Source: Eledone cirrhosa (taxonomy: Eukaryota). From it: a DNA stretch of 64,000 bases. Location: NCBI GenBank assembly GCA_964016885.1, contig OZ024743.1, positions 338,644,001 to 338,708,000 of the forward strand, read 5' to 3'. Positions 41,660-54,613 of the stretch are shown piece after piece (within the stretch, counting starts at the first letter, position 1; each line of letters starts with the position of its first letter). Under the pieces are notes generated by a model that ran no database searches, was not told the origin of the DNA, and saw nothing but the letters and a program-made list of their open reading frames with translations. The position numbers were made by a program, and so were the translations under genes.

Positions 41660-42913
41660 AATGTCTGTACGTAATGAGGGAGTGAGAGGGGAGAGAAAGA
41701 AAGGCAGAGGTGAAGTGACGAAGTGACTCTCCCCTCCTCCTCCGCCTCCTCTATCTCCCCATTCGTCACAGCGATAGAGGGGATGAATATTAGTGGGTTA
41801 CAAAGAGAAAGAGTGAGAGTGAGAGAAACAGACAGACTAAAAGAGAGGGATAGCTGGAGAGAGAGAGAGATAGCAACCACGCGCGCACGTGTTTCCACTG
41901 TCGGACAGACAGAGAAATTGCTGGTTATATATTATAAGGAGATGACTAGCAGAAAACCACCCGGTGGCTGGTTTTCTGCTAGCAAATCTAGTGTATATAC
42001 TGATATTGTTGAGATTTGGATGAGAAATGTTTTCGGCACCACATGTTCACCGTCTCTCGGTGTGTCTTTTATGCATGTATAAATATATATGTTATCTATA
42101 CGGTGAAATCTTTGAAATAAATATATGTTAAAACGAAAAAGGAGAAAATAAATAACTGGCGGTTAGAAAAAAATATTCCTATGAAATTTTAATCATACCA
42201 TAAGGAAATATTTTTTTATTGTTCAAAAGTTAAACTTCAATTTTTTTAATTATTTCCAATTTTTTCATGAAATTGAACACTGGACATTGGCTGCTGGAAA
42301 TCGAAATTAAATCGTATTAAATTGTATTTAAATTTCTAACCTTATTTTATTATTTATATTTTTTCAATAAGAAATTTAAAAAAAAAAAAAAAAATTGAAG
42401 AAAAAAATTGAACAAATCAAACGTAGGTTATGGAACTGCGCAATCTGATTAATAAATTACCTCATCAGCAGCAACCTTCTTCAAATGGTCCTTATTATCA
42501 GCAGCAACAACCACAAATTCAATGGCAACCTTCTTCGAACCACAAATTCAATGGCAACCTTCTTCAAATGGTCCTTATTATCAGCAGCAACAATCACAAA
42601 TTCAATGGCAACCTTCTTCGCATGGTGTCAAGTCAGAACCGTCTCGAACTGGTTACTTCTGGCTTGTGCAAGGTGTCTCTATAGCAACCAGCGATTCCCT
42701 CGACTTCAATGACCAAAGTCAGTGGAGAGGGAAAGGTAATGTTTTTATAGCACGTGTTTTAGCGTCTATTCACTCTCTCTCTCTCCCTCTCTCCCTCCCG
42801 CTATCCCCCTCTCGTAGTCTGTCTCTTTCTTTCACTCTCACTCTCTCTCTACGCACGTGTTTCCACTGTCGGACAGACAGATAGAGAAATTGCTGGTTAT
42901 ATATATAAGTAGA
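41660..42913 (-). mobile_element. Head-to-tail non-autonomous Helitron units
   Basis: 5' end TCTACTTATATATATAACCAGC at 42913, repeated at about 41940; 3' hairpin + CTAG at 41946; internal tandem repeats 42463-42620. Confidence 0.6.
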
Positions 42914-43062
42914 TTGGCTCTGTTTTTACGAATGTAATTTTTACGTGTTTGGAATCTGACGGTCTTGTTTCCCCCTAAGTATTTACGTATAGAGCATTCG
43001 ATGATTGCTTGTGTTTGTCTACGTTCGGATTTGTGTGTTTGACGGTCACACTTGATTGTTTG

Positions 43063-43148
<86 letters not shown>

Positions 43149-43239
43149 TATATAAGTATTGAAGTTTCCATTGAAAATTGAAAAGTCGGACCAAAACGCA
43201 CCAGAGTACTCAATACTTAGGGTAGTAGAGTGGGTAATA

Positions 43240-43352
43240 GGAAAAAGTTTAACCCCGACGGCAGAGTTCAAGCCGTTTCGACGGCTATTTCTGGACTGAA
43301 ATAGCCGTCGAAACGGCTTGAGCTCTGACGTCGGAGTTAAACTTTTTCCTAT
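43240..43352. repeat. Fold-back of hammerhead 3' halves (61098 family)
   Basis: AGGAAAAAGTTTAAC..GCCGTTTCGACGGCTATTTC / GAAATAGCCGTCGAAACGGC..GTTAAACTTTTTCCT. Confidence 0.8.
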
Positions 43353-43528
43353 ATATATATATATAATTGGTAAGTGGTAGGCCTTTTGAGCACTCGATTC
43401 GATGCTCTTACAGAGCAGAGTATGATATAACATAAGAAACGGAGATTCTCCGTTTCTTATGTTATATATATATAAATATTCATAAATATATATATTTATG
43501 ATATATATTGATATATATATATAGTTTG

Positions 43529-43571
<43 letters not shown>

Positions 43572-43633
43572 CTAGCGTTATTAATATTAAAATACAAATA
43601 TTAATAAAATAGATGTTCTTGTGATCAATTAAA

Positions 43634-43684
43634 TTTTATTATACATATTTCAGATGTACAACAGTACGTCCTCATCAGATAAAA
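43634..43684 (-). ncRNA. Type I hammerhead ribozyme in fold-back 43567-43831
   Basis: TTTTAT-CTGATGA-GGACGTAC-TGTT-GTACATCT-GAAA-TATGTA-TA^ATAAAA. Confidence 0.85.
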
Positions 43685-44300
43685 TAAAATGATACATGAC
43701 ATACCCTGAGATGTTAAATGGTTAAGATTTAATCAAGGTACTACCTTGAAATATGTATAATAAAATTTAATTGATCACAAGAACATCTATTTTATTAATA
43801 TTTGTATTTTAATATTAATAACGCTAGAAAATATTTTTACTGTAGAGTGCTTCCAATCTACTGTAAAACTCATTTTTTGATGTACTCATTGAATCTTGTT
43901 TAACTCTTTAATATATATATATAACTTGCCACCGGCCTACTCTTCACAACACTTCTATCTTGTCTGCGAGCGACGTGCTGTTTTTCACCCTTTTTGAATT
44001 CGTTACTAACGGCGATCAATTTGGAAATTTCGGTCCTAACTGAGGGAGTCTCTTGATAAGCTCGGAGCCTAAGGACAATGCAACAATTTGACATTTCCAC
44101 AAAATACGAGTGAAACTGTCGACAGTCGGGACTGGGAGAATTTTTGGTAACGTTTATCCATTTTTTTTCTCCAAACTTACATTTTAAACTTAACTCCGTT
44201 TAAATGATTATATGTCTAGTTAATTTCTACGGACTAAGAGGAAAGACTAGGTAAATTTTTTCTGATTGTTCTTCAAACTTATAATTTTTTTAATAAATGT

Positions 44301-44390
<90 letters not shown>

Positions 44391-44391
<1 letters not shown>

Positions 44392-44619
44392 GTGACAATA
44401 ACAATTGCAGCTTTTTGTAAACTTTATTTCATATTACAATTGTTTCTATATCGATCAACTCGGGTTTGATCAGGCGATCGGATCCCGACTCTTAATCGAC
44501 ACAAACTCTATCGATTAAGAGTCGGGATTCGATCGCGTGATCAAACCCGAGCTGATCGATATCGAAACAATTGTAATATGAAATGAAATTTGCAAAAAGC
44601 TGCAATTCTTATTATCACT
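44391..44619. repeat. Fold-back with a hammerhead 3' half
   Basis: Arms of about 110 bp around CACAAACTCTA; GAAA-CAATTG-TA^ATATG at 44564. Confidence 0.75.
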
Positions 44620-44754
44620 CTATATATACACTCTGCAAACTACAGCCGCCTTAAAGCTGGAACACACCCCAACGAGACACGGACCCAGTAACAGCATTGA
44701 GTGCTTTGAGCAGCGGCGCCGCTAGTAACTACAAGTTACTCACATAATAACCTA

Positions 44755-45762
44755 TCTCTCTATATATAAAATCCTTTGTCTCTGTGTCTGTCTGCCTGCC
44801 TGTCCGTCTGTTCCTATGCATTCTCAAACGTCTGGACCAAATCAAATCGAATTTTACAAGTAAATAGTATTAGAACCCGGGAGTGTCAACATGTAATTTT
44901 TATTTTCATTTGGATTTAAACAATATAAGATTTTATCTAAAATAATAAACAACGACGACGACGACGACGACCGACTCTGTATTTGTCTGTGAGTGTGTGT
45001 GTGTTTGTGCGTTCGTTATGTAGGTGAAGCCTCAGAGAATTAAATACACACACATCTACATATACATACACATAATGTGTGTGAGTGTATGTGAGAGTGT
45101 AGACGTCACATTTTGTATGTGTATATGTCCGTCTTAGTATATGTGTATGAATGTATGTTAGAGTGTATGTGTGAGTGTATGTATGTGTGAGTATGTGTGT
45201 GTTGACTGACATAACGATATTTTCTTTAGTCAACTATAATAACCACCACCACCACCACCACCACGAAGTCACATTTTGTATATGAGTGTGCACAGAGACA
45301 ATTAAACACACACATACACATCTACACATACAGATACATATGTGATGAAAGACAGGTGTGCGTGAATGTATGTCTGTGTGTGTCTGTCTTAGTATATGTA
45401 TGTGAGTGTATGTGTGAGTGTATGTGAGAGTGTATGTGTGTGTGAGTGTATGTGTGATCATTTTTATTTTCATTTGGATTAAACCGTCACACTTTGTATA
45501 TGAATATGTATGTGTCTGTGAGTGTGTGTGTGTTTGTGCGTTCATTAGGTAGGTTATTAAATACACACACACACATCTACACACACATGAATTACACAAT
45601 GAATATTGTTTACCCTAAGGTGCTTCAAGATTGACAGATTTTCCTTTCTAAATTCTATTATCATTACAATTTCGATATTTTAAAAATAAAATATAGATAA
45701 TTTGAAATAATTACAAGAAAAAAAATATCTTCATATATATCTACGCCGAGTAAATCAGCTAG
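44755..45762 (+). mobile_element. Non-autonomous Helitron-like element
   Basis: Starts TCTCTCTATATATAAAA..GTCTGTCTG; ends ACGCCGAGTAAATCAG-CTAG. Confidence 0.55.
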
Positions 45763-45872
45763 TATATATATATATATATATATCACGATAAATTAACGGA
45801 GCCATAGACCCTGGCCATTCCCTGTAAATAATGTGCTCGAAGGAGATGAAATCCTGAGCTCTTTAAAATACA

Positions 45873-46138
45873 ATATGTTGAAAAGGTAACACACTAGAGA
45901 GAGACATACAGTGCGATATCAATAAAACAGGGGAAAACCACCAGTGTATGGAATCTATAACCTATGAAAGGCAGACTATAGACACGATAATTAAAAATAT
46001 AAATTAAAGCGTAAATAAATATCTCTATAACTATATAACACACGTACAAATCCAAAGAGATCTGTTTCGCCAGTTTTTCCCTGTTTTATTGATAGCGCAC
46101 TCTATATCTCTCTCTAGTGTGTTACCTTTTCAACATAT
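45873..46138. repeat. Fold-back inverted repeat in (TA)n
   Basis: ATATGTTGAAAAGGTAACACACTAGAGAGAG.. / ..CTCTCTCTAGTGTGTTACCTTTTCAACATAT. Confidence 0.75.
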
Positions 46139-46231
46139 ATATATATATATATATATACGTTATTCCGGGTTGAATCGGAGGTAACCACAGTAAGTAAGGT
46201 ACTCAATACATAGCAGAGTATAAAAGTTTTA

Positions 46232-46339
46232 ATATAGATGAGATTCTACAGGACTAGAACTGTTTCATTCATTAGAAATCACCAGGAATCTCATGATGAT
46301 TTCTAATGAATGAAACAGTTCTAGTCCTGTAGAATCTCA

Positions 46340-46345
<6 letters not shown>
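46232..46345. ncRNA. Hammerhead-only fold-back of the large-PLE family
   Basis: Near-identical to 18786-18850; both arms carry one core mutation (CTGGTGA, ATGATGA). Confidence 0.7.
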
Positions 46346-46373
<28 letters not shown>

Positions 46374-46649
46374 CACATATATATATATATGTGTATATAT
46401 ATGTATATGTGTATATATATGTTTGTATGTATATATAAATATATATATGTATGTATATATGTATGTGTATATATGTGTATATATATGTGTATGTATATAT
46501 GTATATATGTATATATATATATGTATATATATATATATGTATGTATATATGTATGTATGTATATGTGTATATATATATGTATGTATGTATATATGTATAT
46601 GTATATATGTATGTATGTATATGTGTATATGTATATATGTATGTATATA

Positions 46650-46682
<33 letters not shown>

Positions 46683-46986
46683 ATATATGTATGTATGTAT
46701 ATATGTATATATGCGTATATGTGTATGTATGTATGTATATATATGTATGTATGTGTGTATGTATATATGTATATATATGTGTATATGTATGTATATATCT
46801 ATATGTATATATATATGTATGTATATATGTATATATGTATATATATATATGTGTGTATGTATATATGTATATATGTGTTTGTATGTATGTATATATGTAT
46901 ATGTATATGTATGTGTATATGTATGTATATATGCATATGTATGTATATATGTATGTATATATGTATGTATATATGTATGTATATAT

Positions 46987-47332
46987 GTCAGGTCACCAGT
47001 TGGTGCTACTGGTAACATGTATCCCAGTACAACCTGTCCCATGGTCGGGTCGTTGGCGACTAAACTGGCAACCCCACCAAGGTTTCTTGGTGAGGAGGGT
47101 GACTTTGGACATCCTGCAGGACTAAAAACAAAACCTGTCAAAGGGCAAAGGAGCTCTTAAGAGTCAATGGCCATCTAACATCATATATATACCTGCAATT
47201 CTTATTGTCACTTTATACACAGGCACACACACATATATATATATTTATATATATACATATACGCATATACATATATATACATATATACGCATATACGCAT
47301 ATACATATATACGCATATACATATATACACAT

Positions 47333-47421
<89 letters not shown>

Positions 47422-48045
47422 CATACATATATACACATATACATATATATACATATATATATACCTATATGGTGGCTGCCAACTCGTTTTCGAGTACGGC
47501 CACTACTTTATATCCATGTAGGAGAACCCCATACCGATGCGCTGAACGAGTGTGACTTTTTAGTCCAGCCAGCGACTTGAAAACTCTGGTACAAACACTA
47601 CACTTGGTACCATGTGACGACAAGTGCAGAGAGATCTCCAGATATAAAGCAATGCCTGTGCCGTGAAGCTTTTATAGTGAGCAAAGGCACTGCACAAAGC
47701 CAGTCCCACTCCCTTAACCAAGATGATATTTACCAAAAAGAAGAACAAGTCAACATCATTGGATACCATCAAGGTTGCAGGTGTTATAACAGAGTTTTCC
47801 TTCTCCTAGAATTCTGCCTTGACAAAGGCTAAGGGGTCATCTCTCCCGGTGATGTTAGATGGCCATTGACTCTTAAGAGCTCCTTTGCCCTTTGACAGGT
47901 TTTGTTTTTAGTCCTGCAGGATGTCCAAAGTCACCCTCCTCACCAAGAAACCTTGGTGGGGTTGCCAGTTTAGTCGCCAACGACCCGACCATGAGACAGG
48001 TTGTACTGGGATACATGTTACCAGTAGCACCAACTGGTGACCTGA
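46987..48045. mobile_element. Inverted pair of an RTE-5'UTR-like dispersed repeat (46987-47183 +; 47467-48045 -)
   Basis: GGCGACTAAACTGGCAACCCCACC and CTAGGAGAAGGAAAACTCTG motifs recall RTE leaders; further copies at 52463-52617 and 62141-62722. Confidence 0.55.
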
Positions 48046-48432
48046 CATATATACATACATATATACATATACACATACATATACATATATACATACATAT
48101 ACACATACATATACATATATACATATATACATACATACAAACACATATATACATATATACATACACACATATATATATACATATATACATATATACATAC
48201 ATATATATATAGATATACATATATACATACATATACACATATATATATACATATAAACATACACACATACATACATACATATATATACATACATACATTA
48301 CATTAAAAACCTTCTATATATTTGTTTACCAGCAAATTGAATTGCCATCTGTCATATACTATCCCCTCTCTTCTTCCTTTCTTACAACTAATATAAATAC
48401 TTCAATTTTTCTGATTTTTTCCAATTTATCCA

Positions 48433-48552
48433 ATATCTCTGAAGAAGTGACAACTGATTATACATTTGCTATCGAATACTTGCTAACATTATATGATTAC
48501 GCAAGCAGCGATACATAGGTATTCTGTCTGTTACAGAAACATATGTCAATAC
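48433..48552 (+). ncRNA. Type I hammerhead with long stem II (stem I imperfect)
   Basis: CTGAAGA-AGTGACA...TGTTACA-GAAA-CATATG-TC^AATAC. Confidence 0.65.
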
Positions 48553-48749
48553 CTAATAAATTCCTTTATAAAAGCCCTTTCATTTTATATTCATCTTTTC
48601 TACATTTTCTCTGGAATATAATTTATACTCGTTGAGCAAACCTACACGTACGCTGTTCATCTCTAACGTGACGATATATTATCACTACATTATTGATAAC
48701 TTGAAATTTTATATATATATATAAACCACAGATCCTCCATCTCAACTCA

Positions 48750-48787
48750 CCTTTTGAAAAGCAGAAGAACTGCGAAACCGGTAAAGG
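48750..48787 (+). ncRNA. 38-nt minimal type I hammerhead, U3-A8 variant
   Basis: CCTT-TTGAAAA-GCAG-AAGAA-CTGC-GAAA-CCGG-TA^AAGG. Confidence 0.85.
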
Positions 48788-48918
48788 AACCAAATAAATA
48801 TATATATTTTTAAAAAAAAATAAGACTTCAGTTGCATTTTCGATTTCATCTCTTTTTCTTTATACTTCCACTCGTGTAGGACACCTCGGTTATTTTTCAT
48901 TTTGTAAAAAAACCTCAC

Positions 48919-48984
<66 letters not shown>

Positions 48985-49141
48985 TCAAGTTATCAATAAT
49001 GTAGTGATAATATATCGTCACGTTAGAGATGAACAGCGTACGTGTAGGTTTGCTCAACGAGTATAAATTATATTCCAGAGAAAATGTAGAAAAGATGAAT
49101 ATAAAATGAAAGGGCTTTTATAAAGGAATTTATTAGGTATT

Positions 49142-49597
49142 TATGAGGAGCATGACCCTACTAAAAAGTGTAATTGCAGAAGGAAGGACAAATGCCCACT
49201 AGCTGGACACTGACTTATTAGGAACGTGGTATATGCTTGTAACATAACCACAGGCACGTATACTAAGACGTATGTGGGATCAACCGCTAACGAGTTCAAG
49301 ACGAGGTTCAACGCCCACCTGCATAGCTTCCGAAATGAGAAGCTTAAAAATACCACGTCGTTAGCGGGGCATATACATAGCTTAAAACAAACAAAAAACC
49401 CCTACACACTAAACTGGAGATGCCTTACTAAAGCTCCTCCATATAGCTTGTTGAGCAGGTGTTGTATCCTGTGCCTATCTGAATCTCATGCCATAGTATT
49501 CTCAGGACTCAACTTGCTCAACAGGAGATCAGAAATCTTCTCGTCCTGCCCCCATACCATACTTAGCTCTTTCTTTTTCTTCAGACCAGACACATAG
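49142..49597 (+). pseudogene. PLE Cys-linker + GIY-YIG endonuclease fragment with one in-frame TGA at a conserved Cys
   Basis: KCNCRRKDKCPLAGH*LIRNVVY..TYVGSTANEFKTRFNAHLHSF..CILC..LLNRRSE..CPH. Confidence 0.85.
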
Positions 49598-52204
49598 CCC
49601 TGACACCACCCAGTCCTGCACTTGGCGGCCCCGCTGGCGAACAGGGTGCTCTTTAGTAACCCCGGCCGCATGGATGCCTCGGCTCCCCGATTGGCGATGG
49701 GGACTCTGGTGAGGAACAGACGACCCTGTGTCCCACTTGCCAACCTGGGATTGGTGGCAACATTGTTGCTGGGCACCCTGGGGGCAGCTGATGCCTACGA
49801 TGTAGGACATTGTGAGTGCCTGGAACCACGTTGACTAATCTGGGAAGGTGCCGTCGGAGATGTATGTCAACAAACTCGAGAACATGCCCAGGGAAACAGT
49901 AACAAAACACCCAATATGGCGGCCGCTCCCTGCCTATAGCCACTCACCCCCACCCCCTCCCTTAGTAAACCCCCGCCCAAATAGATGCCCCTCCCCATTC
50001 TTTTGAGTTGGTTCTTTATTATCAGTGATTAGTTCTTTACTAATAGGAATTTTTTGTATTTCACCACAGTCGACTTAATGGGCTTGGAGAGTTGACTCCC
50101 TTGAAGTCTGACCACTCGATAAGTTAGGGGTTGTGCCCCTTGAACAGGGGTGTGTATAGCTGGTCTGCCTGCTGTCTGCTACTACCCGAGACTGGACACG
50201 GTCGTAGCCACAGGCCAGCGCGTGCGCGATAGCATAGAATGTATATTTTCTGCTAGTCACCCCGTGTAATACGATACCCTAAGATTCCATGCATGAGATT
50301 CACCGAAGCATGCGCAGTCTTAACCGGGAGATGACATGCGAACTTGAAAATACCACAAGCGAGACCCTCTTGATAACGTAGGCGCCGGACCATACCCGCA
50401 AATATATACCCTGATCTGTCTTGAATATACAGGGCTGACGGAATATGGATAACACGACCACCATCTAAGCTGGGACCGACCCATACAGCAAACAAAGAGG
50501 GGACAGCCCTTCGCTTTTGACCGGTCGCGTGTGGGCTTGGAGTTCGTAATATACCACCCCAGTCAAATCCACACTGGTTTTTTTAACAATATAGCATGTA
50601 GACCAATACATCCTGCGTAGCGAGACCTTGGACTTAGAACCGGCAGGCTGGTCTATCGCGAAAGCGTACAACCCCTGAAACTAAAAGATCGAACGGACCA
50701 CATCCAGCAACCACTGGCTATTGGATCCACAGGTACATCTCCCAGAGAGTCCACGCAGCTGATAGTGAATCCCAGTTGATCCATGAACTTTTAAACAAGA
50801 CCAGCTGTGCCTGGAGCTATGCAGATGACTACATACGCATAATGGATATCGTGCCTGGAGCTATGCAGATGACTACATACGCATAATGGATATCGCGCCC
50901 ACACGGTCACCAGTACTGTTCATCCTGTTGTATATGTAAATATCCGTGCGCGGGATATCCCTGAGTTCATTTTCTTGACCATCAATTGTTAATCGATTGT
51001 TTGTTAATTAGGCAGGAATATACCATTGTGTCTGTGCTAATCCTATGTGTTGCTGTGTGTGTGTAAAGTATCCGAGCGCGGGATATCCCTGAGCTAATTT
51101 TGCCTGACTGTTAATAGTGTTTTGATTACTTGTTAATTAGGCAGGAATATATATTATTATGTCTTTGTTAATCCTGTATCAATAATTTTATAATAATTTT
51201 TTGTGATAATACATTGTTAGATTACTGAAGCTACCTTATACCTTAATTAGGCAGGAATATATATTATTATGCCTTTGTTAATCCTGTATCAATAATTTTA
51301 TAATAATTTTTTGTGATAATACATTGTTAGATTACTGAAGCTACCTTATACCTTCTTAAAAATACATTTTATAATTATTGTCTTTTTGCTTATGTATTTT
51401 CTTATTTACCACTTTCTTTAATCTTGCCCAACTTGATAAACTCCTTGAATTGCTCGCTAATTAAATTACTTAAATTACTTAAATTATTGTATCTATTATA
51501 CCTAAGTTGTATCTGTTGAAGCAGCCCTTTGAAAATTCCTCGGATATCCCAAATACCGTAATTTTTAACTTTTAATGTATAATTTTCCTCAATTCGTTTT
51601 TATATATATCCTTAAAGGCTCTCTAAAATTTTAATTCTTCGAAGGGTCTCTCGAAAGAAGTACCTATTAAAAATATTAAAGGGGCCTTTTCTGAGAGAAT
51701 TATAGAAGGCTCTTTGAATTAACCTTTAATTGATTAGTTTCTTTCAACTTAGAAGGGAATATCAAAACTTCGTAAGTTTTCTGAAATTTGTAAACGTGAT
51801 CTCGGGGGAAGAAGGTTTTTTTCTTTCGGAAAAACATTTTTTTTCTCTAGAAGGAATTTCATAGGAAACTTTATATATTTTTTAGGGAAACTTTATATTT
51901 TTATTTTTTATTTTATTAGCTTCTTAATTTCTTCTAGTCTAGTAGGTTTATTGGAGCCTGTAAGCTTTATGCACTTATTGAGGGATTTTCTAAGGTGCTT
52001 CTACGGGACCCCAAGTCTTTTAGTTTACTGTTAATGCGTAAATTATATATTATCTAATTTTTAAACTTCAATCCCTGACCCCGACAACTAATATAAAAGA
52101 GCCCCAACTATACAAACGGAGTTGCTGATGTATACCACAATTTCAAACTGCTAGCCTTGAGTGATACGTTGATGTAAATAATGATCTTACAATCACATGT
52201 TATA

Positions 52205-52251
52205 TGCCTTGAAAGGTCCAACCATGTGGTCGGACGAAACGGCTGTCGGCA
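52205..52251 (+). ncRNA. Type I hammerhead, U3-A8 variant with G at position 9
   Basis: TGCC-TTGAAAG-GTCCAACC-ATGT-GGTCGGAC-GAAA-CGGCTG-TC^GGCA. Confidence 0.7.
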
Positions 52252-52404
52252 ATAAACTTGTTATAATGTCATAATAGTTCCTTTGTTCTTTTTCACTAAT
52301 ATTTCTGCTCTGCGTATACGCATAGAGCTTAACTAGCTACCGTCACATATTTGGTAGGTCAGACGTGATCATCGCGATTCACATACGACCTACCATACAT
52401 CTTA

Positions 52405-52468
<64 letters not shown>

Positions 52469-52944
52469 GGCTGCCAACTCGTTTTCGAGTACGGCCACTA
52501 CTTTATATCCATGTAGGAGAACCCCTACCGATGCGCTGAACGAGTGTCACTTTTTAGTCCAGCCAGCGACTTGAAAACTCTGGTACAAACACTACACTTG
52601 TGACAATTATTGACACAAGAAATAATAAAATACAATGGAACCAAATCTAGAAACATCTACAGATTAGAGACCTAGAAACATCGATTCAGAACAGCACAAA
52701 CAAAACTACGAATCAAGGGGAATATGGAGAGGGTGGGGTCATATATATGTATTATGGTCCCGTAATTCCCGGGGAAGTCGTAGGGGCGCCGCATTGAAAT
52801 ACGGAGATTCAAGGGCATTTTTTAAAACCCGGTGGAGCCCAGCTCTTCTCTGGGTCTGAATACAACAGATTTCTTCCAGAAAAGGATAGAGAATGCAAGA
52901 GAGAGGGAGAGGGGGTCAGAAAGAGATATAGAGGAGGAATCAAA

Positions 52945-53097
52945 CCCCAGTACTAGACTGGTACTTTTTTTATCGACCTCGAATGGATGCAAAGCAACGT
53001 TGACCTCGGCAGAATTTGAACTCAGAGAGCAAAGAGCCGGATCGAATACCAAAATGTATTCTATCTGATGTTTTAATGACTCTGCCAATTCGCCACC
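52945..53097 (-). mobile_element. Diverged tRNA-derived SINE
   Basis: ACTGGTACTT..TATCGACCTC..GAATTTGAACTCAG. Confidence 0.7.
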
Positions 53098-53249
53098 TTC
53101 GGGGTCATATGCGTATTCAAAATTCTAAAGATGGAGTTAATGAACATGGAAATAATTTTATACAGGAAATAATGGAAAAAAAATTAAAATCAAAGGAAGG
53201 TCTTCTTATGGACCAGAAAATGTATTTCACAAGGATAAAACTAATCTTC

Positions 53250-53610
53250 TTTTTCGCCCACTTATTTCTGACAGGGTCGTGGGGACTGAGTCCTTAAATG
53301 CACCTTCCAGCGGGTCCTGTCAGAAGTAACCGTTTCCAAATGATCCGTCAGGATCTCCAAGCTAGACCAGCCAAGTTCATGGATAATATCCAACCATCTT
53401 TCTCTGGGTCTACCCCTGGGTCTCCTGCCGGTTGGTTTTGCCCGTAAAATCGGTCCAGCGAATCTTTCCTGAGACATTCTAACCACATGCTCATAATATC
53501 ACAGTTGGGATTTCTCAGTTCGAAGAATTAGCAGCTCTACCTGGAGTGACTCTCTGAGCTCCGAGCTTATCGAATAACGTTACTCCAAAGACTCTTCGGA
53601 GGAACCCATT
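53250..53610 (-). mobile_element. RTE-clade LINE 3' fragment
   Basis: FLRRVFGVTLFDK; RMSQERFAGPILRAKPTGRRPRGRPRERWLD. Confidence 0.75.
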
Positions 53611-54074
53611 TCGGATAAAACTCATCAATGAAATAACAACATCGCAACGATAAAACAACGATGGAATAATAACTACAATAAAAGAACACAAACCTGGCCA
53701 TCTCAGACTTAATGAAAACAGACTCAAACAATAATATCCCTAGGTTAAAGAAAATAATATAAATATCAACCACAGTAGTTAGAAAGGAAATTCGATACAA
53801 CTTCAGATCTACTCCTACAGAAATATCTAAATCTAAACAAACAACAACAAACACAAATATACAGGAAAAATATAAAATAAATTCTGAAATCAATAACAAA
53901 TAAACAATTAAAATGAAAAGGAAAGACAAATATTACAGTTAGATAACATAACAAACAAATGTATAGACCGCCCCGTGACTCCTGGTGACACTATAAACCT
54001 GGCGGGGCCCGTCCCCTCTCCAGGTTTGAACACAGCTGATTTCTATCATAGAAGGAGAGAGAATGATAGACAGA

Positions 54075-54522
54075 ATCGACCCCAGTACTGGACTGGTACT
54101 TCTTTTTAACGACCTTTAACGTCACGAAATGATAAAAGGTAAAGTTTACCTCGGCAAGATTTAAAGTCACGGTTCCTGGAGAGTCGGAACAAATACTGCA
54201 AAGTATTCTATCTGACGACTCTACCAATTCGCCGCCTTAACAAAGAAAAGAAATATCTGAAATCAACGAATGCCTGAAACAAGAGACCCTCAATAAATTA
54301 CAAGAAATCGTCGGTGTGAAACCCAACTGCAATTCTATGAACAAAACAGATATTTCAACTAAAACATAAAACGATTTTATCGGGAACTGAGTATCTTTGA
54401 ATATAGGCGGCGAATTAGCAGAGTCGTTAGAACATCGAATAGAATGATTTGTGGAATTCGATTTGGCTCAAAACTTCAAAACTTGCTGAGGTCAACTTAG
54501 TCTTTCATCCTTTCAAGGTCAA
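54075..54522. mobile_element. Two diverged SINE copies in opposite orientation (54075-54237 -, 54405-54522 +)
   Basis: GGCGGCGAATT(A/G)G(C/T)AGAGTCGT heads. Confidence 0.6.
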
Positions 54523-54544
54523 TTCGTCTCTCACTCTCACTCTC

Positions 54545-54613
<69 letters not shown>

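Larger units (their letters stand above)
49142..52405 (+). mobile_element. 5'-truncated PLE with a ~2.7-kb 3' region ending in hammerhead + AATAAA, then (TA)n
   Basis: GIY-YIG fragment; internal tandem duplications at 50808-50896 and 51134-51354; hammerhead at 52205. Confidence 0.6.

Noticed and set aside
50297-50880. SECIS-like ATGA..AA..TGA patterns at about 50293-50332 and 50826-50872
   Set aside because: Helix II pairing is poor, and the second pattern arises from a tandem duplication; needs SECISearch
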